A stretch of DNA of 64,000 nt from Felis catus (Eukaryota). Shown here one piece after another: positions 55,086-64,000 of the stretch. The notes below the pieces were generated by a model. It saw only the letters and a program-made list of their open reading frames with translations, made no database searches and was not told where the DNA came from. The first letter of the stretch is position 1; each line of letters opens with the position of its first letter. Location: contig NC_058368.1 in the NCBI RefSeq assembly GCF_018350175.1, positions 128,280,001-128,344,000 on the forward strand, in the 5' to 3' direction. The position numbers were made by a program, and so were the translations under genes.

Positions 55086-55132
55086 AAACTGGGTCTTTAT
55101 GTACTCTAATCTCAAGAGATATCCTATCACTT
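55086..55132 (+). repeat. Perfect 47-bp dispersed direct copy of 53613-53659
   Basis: aaactgggtctttatgtactctaatctcaagagatatcctatcactt occurs identically at both sites. Confidence 0.95.
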
Positions 55133-55324
55133 AGCCACAACGGACAAAGGCTCCTGAAGGCTCATAAAAAGCCTAAACATCACTCATTTTATCATAGAAA
55201 TAAATGAATGATGTGAGGACACTGGCCAAGATGATGAACTTCAGCATCTGAAGATGTTTTCTAACTGAACTAAATAAATACCAAAAAAGAAACACCACAG
55301 AGCATAAAAAAACAAAAACCAGTA

Positions 55325-55330
55325 TTTATT
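55325..55330 (-). terminator. Distal polyadenylation signal AATAAA of DEPDC1B
   Basis: Plus-strand tttatt, followed on the minus strand by GGTTTTTGTTTTTTTATGCTCTGTGGTGTTTCTTTTTT (U/GU-rich element). Confidence 0.7.
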
Positions 55331-55833
55331 TACATTCCATTTACTTTCCAAAGGACGAGGAAGGTGGGAGAAATACAAAGGAAGTAGTCTTGTTTTACTT
55401 AACCTATTTGTGCTTTTCACGAAACAACAAAGACCTGACTCACAATCACAGGAACAAGGGGACCCAAAAAGATTACTCAGTTCAATTTTCCATCTCCAGC
55501 CAAGACTGAAATTATACCACTGCAGGCAAATGAAAATCAACCCCACATATAGGTGAACACCAGTTAATATATGTTCTAAAAGAACCAGCTTTAGTTAAAG
55601 CTGTCATAACATCCAACGAATCTGCAATAAAAGACACAGTCATAATGTGCAGCCTTAAGACTCTCTGTACAACAATGAAAACCAAATTTTACACAAAGAG
55701 AAGTCACAACTATTAAGCTGTGAAGTCAAGAGCATCACAGTAGCAGTACCCAGTGTCTCTCTTATTCAAGTACATACACTATTTTTAAAACTTGGTTATA
55801 ACAAAGACATCAGTAACTGAAATGTACAATTAT

Positions 55834-55839
55834 TTTATT
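55834..55839 (-). terminator. Possible proximal polyadenylation signal AATAAA
   Basis: Plus-strand tttatt inside the 3' UTR with moderately U/GU-rich downstream sequence; usage unproven. Confidence 0.35.
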
Positions 55840-56144
55840 AACACCATGAAAGATAACAAATAAAAAAATAAAACTACCCACAAATTTTGTAACAATTACA
55901 GACACGCATATTAACCATACCACTATACATTTGTCTCAACTTTTAACTGACTTGTACACTTTAAAAATAGCATTGGGTTTTACAAAAATACTGATAATGG
56001 CTCAACATTTTAGGAAGTCCGGTAACTTTATATTTTCTGTAGCCTCTATTTTCTGCTCTTCTTTCTTCCATCGCCATAATCCTCCTATAACCACCAATTT
56101 GCTCGAGGCAACAGCAACAGAGATCTCTAAGAGCAATGTAAGTA

Positions 56145-56306
56145 CTACATCCGAAAACTTCTAGTTCTTTGAAATGGTTGGAAAGGGTTTTTTAGTGCCC
56201 ACATCAGGAGCTGTGGTTTCGGTTTCGGTTTTTCAGGAAACAGAAGTGCTTCACTTTCTGGTGTAGGAAATCGTTCTTGGTAGACTTCAGGATAGGATTT
56301 TTGAAA
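56145..56306 (-). CDS. DEPDC1B: DEPDC1B last coding exon (53 aa + TAG)
   Basis: Translates [53 protein letters not shown], in frame with the previous exon. T22-AG acceptor at 56307-56330, stop at 56145-56147. Confidence 0.95.
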   Translation of the reverse strand, partial: FQKSYPEVYQERFPTPESEALLFPEKPKPKPQLLMWALKNPFQPFQRTRSFRM

Positions 56307-57584
56307 CTAAAAAAAAAAAAAAAAAAAAAAGATTCAAGATGAGTCAAAAAAAACCCACATAAGAGCCAATAAAATTAGGCAATCTAATTTTAAAATTAAA
56401 GACTTTCTGATCTGATTCCATACAAGCTGTTTTTGTTTTGTTTCAATGTTTATTGTTCTCTATCAGAAAAGAGAATAACAAGACAACTAATCGTAATCAA
56501 ATTCACTCCAACACAAATCCATTTCTTTTGGTAAGATCATTTGATTCCACTTGCTATAGATCTAATTCAATTTAAATTTGATCAAAGCTTCAAATACACT
56601 TCTCATTTTGGTCTTATTTCTTAAAATTTCCCCCACTGCTAACTATAAATAGACTTCACTTTAAAAATATTCACAAGTAATCCTGACTTGAAAATAACTT
56701 ATGTTCTACACAGTTAAAGAAAATTTTGGCCCAACTACATTTCACGATCTCCCAGCTTCTCCAACTCAGTCCCACCTGCTTCTGCTCAAATGGAAGGGAA
56801 AACATTCCAGTATATATGACTTTATGAAAAGCTTAAAGAGAGGCATTATGCTTCTCCTTCATCCTCAACACTGAACTCTTCTCCAAAATTACTGAGAAAA
56901 ATACGATTGGGAGTCTAGAACTCTGGTGATCTGTGTATAATCCTATATGCATGATGTGATCAGGGATCAAGCTTGCAGGAGTCAGACTTCAAAAATAAAA
57001 ACAATTCACTTAATCTGGAATCAATACTTTAAGAATGGTCGAAGTAAATCTAGTGTGAGTTAAACACTATTCAATGAAACCCTAAACCTTGTTCCTAGCA
57101 GGAACTAAAAACTTTTAGTGCTGCCCGAGGCAAAAAAACAATTTGATACTGGTGATCTAAAACCAAAGCCTTTCCAGTTTTACACATTTTCTATTTGCAA
57201 ATTCAGTATAATTTGCCTTTCAAAAAAAAATCAAAAGGAACCTGTCCTCATTTGATAGTTTCTCTGAATTTAAAGTAATTACTCCACTAACACATCAAGC
57301 CACATACCAAAACAAAGGACAAATAATAGAGAAGAGCTCCACAAATGAAGAGTTCAACAATGGTAAAATATCTACACTGGAAAATAAAGACGTGGAAAAC
57401 AGACCACAATTGTGTAAAACAATGAGACTGCCGGAATGTATAAACTGAGTAATATACTTTCAAAACTGCTATGTCATAGAAGATGAGATTTATATGAAAC
57501 TTAGTAAAACAGAGAATAAAAAGAAAAAATATAAGAACAGCAGGCAGAAGAAGAAATGACTTCTAAAGAATATTCTTCTTTTAC

Positions 57585-57770
57585 CTGCTTCAGTTTTTTC
57601 TTCTTCTCTTTGCTGGAGAGTTTGGCATCTGTTATGACTTCTTCCAGCAAGGCTGCCAGAGGTTCCTGAGAGCCGTATGCTCTCTGGTATTCAAACTCCC
57701 CTGGACTGATCTGACGGCAAAATGAGGGAGCAGATAGAGTGATATCCATATCAGCTCCTGGGTATTTTAT
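57585..57770 (-). CDS. DEPDC1B: DEP domain-containing protein 1B, penultimate coding exon (186 nt, phase 0/0)
   Basis: Translates [62 protein letters not shown], matching my recall of the DEPDC1B C-terminal region. AG acceptor at 57771-57772 (plus 'ct'), GT donor at 57583-57584 (plus 'ac'). Confidence 0.95.
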
Positions 57771-58354
57771 CTAAGGCAAAAGGATTAATAGTGAATGGAA
57801 TAAGTATATTTTCACATAAACTGCAAAAATTAGTTCAGATCAAATACAGCATATCTCCTACTAAGGGTACCACATCATTCTTCAATTTGGGGAAAACTCT
57901 TTGGTAAAAGGTAACAGTGTTTCTATAACTTCAAAAAAAAATATCACAGTCACAGTTTTAAGTAAGAGATGTTTACCTTTTTAAACCCAAGATCTATTTT
58001 AATAAATAAAAAACCTGCGTGTTCTTTTAAATAAAATCTTAAGTTGAAACATAAACTAAACATGTTGACAAAAATGATTCAAAACAATTATAATATTGAC
58101 CACACTTTGTAGATCCCTTCCCACATCTGGAGAATCTGATCCTCTCTTTCTTGGAGATGGACAGAGAAACACATATAGCTTGGCTGTTATGTAGAGAGAA
58201 ATTCTACAACCATCTCCAAATATGTTAACACTGAAAATCAAGAAAATAAATATTCAGACATTGTATAGGGCAAAAGGGAGAAGGAAGAAAAAAGAGGAAA
58301 CATAATACCAAGACCTATAAATAAACGAGCATCCATTAAAAATATTTAATTTCA

Positions 58355-58504
58355 GGGGCATTTGGGTGGCCCAGTTGAGTAAGCATTGGACCTTGCTCAG
58401 GTCATGATCCCATGGTTTGTGAGTTCTAGCCCCACATCAGGCTCTATGCTGTCAGCACAGAGCCTGCTTCAGATTCTCTGTCCCCCTCTCTCTCTGGCCC
58501 TCCC

Positions 58505-58562
<58 letters not shown>

Positions 58563-58590
58563 AATAAGTACGTAAAAACTTTAAAAATAT
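58355..58590 (+). mobile_element. CAN-SINE with expanded (CT)n
   Basis: Head, (CT)n at ~58512-58559, TSD atatttaattt. Confidence 0.93.
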
Positions 58591-58603
58591 ATATATTTAA
58601 TTT

Positions 58604-59952
58604 ACATAAAGCAAATATCAACAGGTATAAAGGGAGAAACTGACAGTAATACAATCATAATAGGAGACTTTAACACCCCACTTACATCAATGGAGAAGTC
58701 ATCCAGACAGAAAATCAACAAGGTTAGATAGACGTAACAAATATATACAGAATATTTCATTCAAATACAGCAGAATACACATTCTTTTCAAATGTACATG
58801 GAACACTCTCCATCATAGATCACATCTTAGGCCACAAAACAAGACTCAGTAAATTTAAGAAGACTGAAATCATATCAAGCATCTTTTCCAATCACAACAG
58901 TGTAAAAGTAGAAATCAGTTATCAAAAGCAAACAAAAAACAAAAAACCTGAAATAAACAAAAACATGTGCAACTAAATAATCAATGGATCAATGAAGAAA
59001 TCAAAGAAGAAATTAAAAAAAAAATACATGAAGACAAATGAAAATGAAAACACAATGGTCCGGGGCACCTGGGTAGCTTAGTCAGTTGAGACCCAAAATC
59101 TTAAAACTCCCAAAAGAAAACATAGGCTATAATCTCTTGGACATTACCCTAAACAACATATTCATGGATATGTCTCCTCAGGCAAGGCAAACAAAAGTAA
59201 AAATAAGCTCCTGGGACTACACTAAAATAAAGAGATTTTGTATAGCAAACAAACAAACCAAATCAAAACAAACCAAACCAAACAAAAACAAAAAACCCCT
59301 CAACAAAACAAAAACACAACACAGTGAATGGGAGAAAATATCTGCATATGATATATCCAATAAGGTTATACTATCCAAAATATAGAACTTATATAACTCA
59401 ACATCAAAAAAACAAATAATCTGATTTAAAAATGGGCAGAGGACCGGAAAAGACATTTTTCCAAAGACATACAGATGGCCAATAGAAACATGCAAAGATG
59501 CTCAACATCACTAATCATCTAGGAAACAGAAATCAAAACCACAATTAGATACCACCTCATACTAGTCACAATGGCTAGAATCAAAAAGACAGGAAATAAC
59601 AACTGCTGGCAAGGATGTGGAGAAAAGGAACCCTCGTGCACTGTTAGTGGAATGTAAATTGGTGCAACCATTTTGGAAAATAGTATGAAAGTTCCTCAAA
59701 AAATTAAAAACAGAACTACCATATGACCCAGTAATTCCTCTTCTGGATGTTTACCCAAACAGAATGAAAATACTAATTTGAAAATAAATATGCACACACC
59801 TACGTTTATCACACACGAAGAACAAAACCTTGCCATTTGCAACAATTAAGGATAGAGCTAGAGAGTATAATGCTAACAGAAATAAGTTACTTAGAGAAAA
59901 AAATGACCATATAATTTCACTCATATGTGGAATTTAAGAAACAAACCAAAAA

Positions 59953-60007
<55 letters not shown>

Positions 60008-60247
60008 AAAAGCAAGCAAAGGGATAAAGAGAAAGACAAACCAAGAAACAGGCACTTAGCTATAGAGAACAAACTGATGGTTACCACAGGACAGATGGTG
60101 GGGGATGGGTAAAAAAAGTTATGGGTTAAACAGTGCACTTGTCATGATGAACACTGGGTGATGTACGGAACTGTTGAATCACTATATTACACTCTTGAAA
60201 CTAATATAGCACTGTATGTTAGCTATACTGCAACTTCAAAAAAAAAA
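58604..60247 (+). mobile_element. Carnivore L1 (ORF2 endonuclease region joined to ORF2 C-terminus and 3' UTR), antisense in DEPDC1B intron
   Basis: ataggagactttaacaccccactt (IGDFNTPL) and atagatcacatcttaggccacaaa (IDHILGHK). RT domain absent; (AAAT)n at 59950-60006; A tail ending ~60247. Confidence 0.92.
59062..59090 (+). mobile_element. 29-bp CAN-SINE head at the L1 deletion junction
   Basis: ggggcacctgggtagcttagtcagttgag. Confidence 0.85.
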
Positions 60248-60708
60248 GTGGTATGTACATGGAACATTACTCAGCCATAAAAAGAATGATATCTTGCCAT
60301 TTGTGACAACATAGATGGACCTATAAGATATTTTGCTAAGTGAAGTCAGATAGAGAAAGTCAAACACCATATGATTTCACTTACATCTGGAATATAAAAA
60401 AAACAAACAAATTAAAAAAAAAACAAATTTACTCTCATATACAGAAGAAGGGGCACAGGGATGGGGGGAGATAGGCAAATAGATGAAGGGAATTAAGAGG
60501 TAAAAACTTCCAGTTAGAAAATATAAATAAGTCACAGACATGAAAAGTACAACATAGAGAATACAGTCAATAATGTAATAATGTTGTATAGTTACCATAC
60601 TCATTGTGAGGAGCACTGAGTAATGTACAGAACTATGGAATGGCTATGTTATACACCTGAAACTAATGTAACACTATGGCAATTATACTTCAATTAGAAA
60701 GAAATTAA
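60248..60708 (+). mobile_element. Second, older-type L1 3' end in tandem
   Basis: Repeats the cagccataaaaagaatgatatcttgccatttg region with a different (L1MA9-like) 3' UTR. Confidence 0.85.
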
Positions 60709-61108
60709 AGTGTTTTTTTAGGTAATAATTTTTTTCTGTACATGTTCCTTAAAATGTTTTATTAACTGTTAGATATTAACAAATATTATCTTATCCATTT
60801 CCTGATAGGATATATTAAAATGTCCCATTGCAATTGTAGATTTTCAAGTCAACTTGTAATTTTGTTATTATACATTCTGAGGATCATAATGTGCATACAA
60901 GTTCAAATATTTTTTCCTCCAATTTTATTTTTTATTAAATTTTATTAAATTTCTCATTATTCTTAATCCCAAAAATTTACATCACGGTTTTGCCAGTGCC
61001 TTCTTGCCAAAGATTACCAGGATGACATCTGTGGTCAAAAAGAGAGAGGTAGAATGAATTGTACTGCTAAAGATGACCACAAACCATAAATAACAATGGG
61101 ATTGTATT

Positions 61109-61225
61109 GGGGTACCTGGCTGGTTCAGTCGGAGGAGCACGTGACTCTTGATCTCAGGGTTGTGAGCTCAAGCCTCACGTTAGGTGTAGAGATTACTTTA
61201 AAAAAATTAAATCTTTTAAAAAACA
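61109..61225 (+). mobile_element. Short-type CAN-SINE lacking CT linker
   Basis: ggggtacctggctggttcagtcggaggagcacgtgactcttgatctcagggttgtgag...gtgtagagattactt. Confidence 0.88.
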
Positions 61226-61596
61226 AGAACAGTGGAGTCTGTCAATGCGAAGGTGGTCAAATGGTCTAGGATTTGGACTTGTGAAACTCTTATAGAAATT
61301 AATACATTTAAAAAGCAGACATTTTTACAGGGGGTTGGGTACAAAGCACACCCACAGACCCAGGGAAGACCCATGCCCAATAAGGGCCTTCATGCTAGGC
61401 TGAAGGGGAAGACTTTTCTTTGCATGGAGCCAGTCTGCAAAGAGGTGATGTGGGTGTTTTATCAAATGCCCAAGTTTCAACAAAAGATCATAAGGCATAC
61501 AAAGAAACTTGGAAACATGGCCCACTAAAATCAAATCCTAAATCTCCAGAAAGCAAGCCTAACAAAACAAAGGCCTCAGACTTTAGTAGACAATGA

Positions 61597-61690
61597 TTTT
61601 TTTTTTTTTTTTTTATTTTTTTTTTTTTACTTCACACCCAAGTTAGTGAGCATGTAGTGCAACAATGATTTCAGGAGTAGATTCCTGAAC
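61597..61690 (-). mobile_element. Extremely 5'-truncated felid L1 (L1_Fc-like) terminus with poly(A)
   Basis: Reverse complement ggaatctactcctgaaatcattgttgcactacatgctcactaacttgggtgtgaagt followed by an ~30-nt A run. Confidence 0.8.
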
Positions 61691-61706
61691 GCCCTTAGGT
61701 CAATAA

Positions 61707-61921
61707 ATTTTTTTTTTTTAATATTTATTTATTTTTGAGACAGAGAGAGACAGAGCATGAATGGGGGAGGGGCAGAGAGAGAGAGAGACACAGAATCGGA
61801 AACAGGCTCCAGGCTCTCAGCCATCAGCCCAGAGCCTGACGCGGGGCTCGAACTCACGGACCGTGAGATCGTGACCTGGCTGAAGTCGGACGCTTAACTG
61901 ACTGCGCCACCCAGGCGCCCC
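61707..61921 (-). mobile_element. Young felid CAN-SINE
   Basis: CpG-rich; TSD caataaatttt. Confidence 0.97.
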
Positions 61922-63346
61922 AATAAATTTTTAATTAAAGAATTTTACATGTGATTCTTTGCACTGCCAATCACCAGTTTCTCCAAAATCAGAATCATAA
62001 TCTTCAAAATAGCCCTTTTGAAAAGCACTTTGGTTCAATCCACAGTTGTCACTGTCGCTCCAGAGTTCTTTTCAGTTGGACTTCTTTGATCTCCACTTGA
62101 ATATAGACAGACTTCAAAAATTCCCCACACATTTAGGGTCAGAGTAGATGGATCTGATCTTCCTGGTGCTGAATTTCAGACAACCTCTAAATGTGAATGA
62201 GTGCAAATCATAATCACCCCTAAACTATCCCACCCTAAAACTGTATAGATTGTTGGGATATGCCAATACCTAAGACTTAAAAAATTTGACTATTACATCT
62301 GTCACATAGTTTTAGCAGAAAGACGTCTTGCAGTTCTTCCTACAGATCTAAACACATAGTTCTGTGAATACAGAAAACCACACATATACTCTATGAGGAG
62401 TTTCCAATGATGTAGGTCTAGAGACAAAGCCCCATCAGGATAGACCTCAGTTAAAGTGTTCCATCTTCCCAAAAATATAACACCTTTTGTTCTTCTGCAG
62501 CCAGAAGCCTAGTAAGGAAAATTCTAGATATCTATGATTAAAGATAGCAAAGGAAGAAGAGGACTGTAGTCAAGGCTGATAAAAGGTTGGTGTCAAAAAC
62601 AACACCTACCTCACAATTTATCTATCCCAGGATCAGCTGTGCAATTTCCCCAGAACAATCCAAGTAACATTGTTCATTTTCAGAGAAGCACTTCCCTAAA
62701 TCTCACATGCTGTAGGGGCTGAGTAGTCCACATGAGAGAACAGAAATCTCTGAATACTGAAACAACTGGTCAGCAATTCTACTGAGTACTTCCAACAGAG
62801 AAAATGTAATTGGAGAAATGAGTGCTTACTGGTTTTATGTAGTGCCAGAGCAGTGCCCTCAAGATCATGATAATGTGCAGTTAAATGAATCAGCACAGCT
62901 CAGCCTTCTGATCCTCAACTGAGAGCAAAGGGCTCAGTTATAAGCTGCTGCAGCATATGCCTGTGCTATGGGACACACAAACCCAGCAAGCATATAGAGG
63001 AACATAGCTACTGCTATCAATTCTCCCTGCAGAAATTCAGTAAAGTATTTCTTCTTTACCTTTTTTATAGGTTAGGGTCATAGAAATATTGGGCGGAGGG
63101 AAGATTTAACTAAAACAGCACTAAGGTTATACTTTTTACCCATTAAAACGGCAAAGGTATATGTGTTAATGATAATACCCAAAGTAGCACAAGGGTGCAA
63201 AGAAATGAACACTTTCTTAGACAATTCATGGGAATATACATTGGCATAATCATTCTAAAGGGAAATTTGGCAATATGCAATCAATACTTAAAATACACCC
63301 ACGGCCTTTGACCATGCAATATCACTCGTAAAAATTTATTCTTATA

Positions 63347-63520
63347 GGGACACCTGGGTGGCTCAGTCCGTTGAGTGTCTGACTCTTGATTTCAGCTCAG
63401 GTTGTGATCTCATGGTTGTGCTATGGAGCCTTGCATCAGGCTCTGTGCTGATGGCATGGACCCTGCTTGGGATTCTCTCTCTTTCTCTCTCAAAATAAAT
63501 AAAAACAAATTATTTTTAGA
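63347..63520 (+). mobile_element. CAN-SINE within an old L1 fragment (~63120-63710)
   Basis: gggacacctgggtggctcagtccg head; flanking L1-like tttgaccatgcaatatcactc. Confidence 0.9.
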
Positions 63521-63729
63521 AAATAATCAAGGATTACCACCACACCCCCACCCCCCAAAAAAAAATCTAGCTACAAAAATATTTACTGGTAGGTTGTTTG
63601 CAAAATAGAGGGGGAAATGGAAACAATCTAACCAAAGAAACCCATTTAAATAAATTATGGTATATATCCATATTACCGAACACTATACTATCAATAATAA
63701 CAATACTGTGGAATGACATAACACTAATG

Positions 63730-64000
63730 ATGATGATAATATTAACAGCAGCTACCAACTGAGGGCCTAGTATGTGATAAATATTATTCTAAGCACTTTA
63801 CACATCTTAAGCCATTCAATCCCTAAAACAACCCCAGGAGGTAGGTATTGACTATTATTATCCCACTCTACAGATAAGAAAAGAGGGATGTCAGGTAGAG
63901 GCTGAAGCAGAGACATTTTATAAAATGTGCCCAAGGTCACAGGGTCAATAAAGGGTATATCAAGAACACAAGTACCACTTAGCTCCAGGGTCTGAGCTCT
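63730..64000 (-). mobile_element. MIR fragment
   Basis: ctaagcactttacac...ggaggtaggtattg...tatcccactctacagataagaaaa...cccaaggtcaca. Confidence 0.75.

Larger units (their letters stand above)
55300..56144 (-). other. DEPDC1B: DEPDC1B 3' UTR (approximate end)
   Basis: Repeat-free AT-rich sequence from the stop codon to a canonical AATAAA with a GU/U-rich downstream element. The cleavage site is inferred. Confidence 0.7.

Noticed and set aside
57501..57749. 82-aa ORF as a stand-alone gene
   Set aside because: It is the DEPDC1B penultimate exon read past its donor into the intron.
454..63520. tRNA-like A/B boxes recurring through the window
   Set aside because: All are CAN-SINE heads; no intact tRNA gene was seen.
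1..64000. CRISPR-like array or novel multi-gene system
   Set aside because: No regularly spaced repeat-spacer structure and no cluster of intact unexplained ORFs; recurring sequences are explained by known mammalian repeats.

Overview
Mammalian, almost certainly cat-family (Felidae), genomic DNA. The evidence is ~30 tRNA-derived CAN-SINEs, four of them of the young felid type, plus a felid-type L1 tail. The only protein-coding sequence I can support is the last two coding exons of DEPDC1B on the minus strand (57585-57770, 56145-56306), with a 3' UTR ending near an AATAAA at 55325-55330. The next upstream exon is not visible, so 57771-64000 is intron. The remaining ~55 kb is repeat-rich sequence downstream of DEPDC1B (in human, toward PART1/PDE4D). 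It holds a full-length, decayed TUBA1B processed pseudogene, L1/L2/MIR fragments, MaLR and ERVL LTR elements, hAT MITEs and microsatellites. Most ORF-track entries are artefacts of repeats. I found no CRISPR, operon-like or otherwise new biological system. The most unusual observations are mutational-mechanism footprints: a perfect 47-bp templated copy 1.47 kb from its source, a nested/inverted SINE stack, a collapsed head-to-head SINE pair, and an L1 deletion junction carrying a SINE head. Repeat subfamily names come from my recall of consensus sequences, not from a search.
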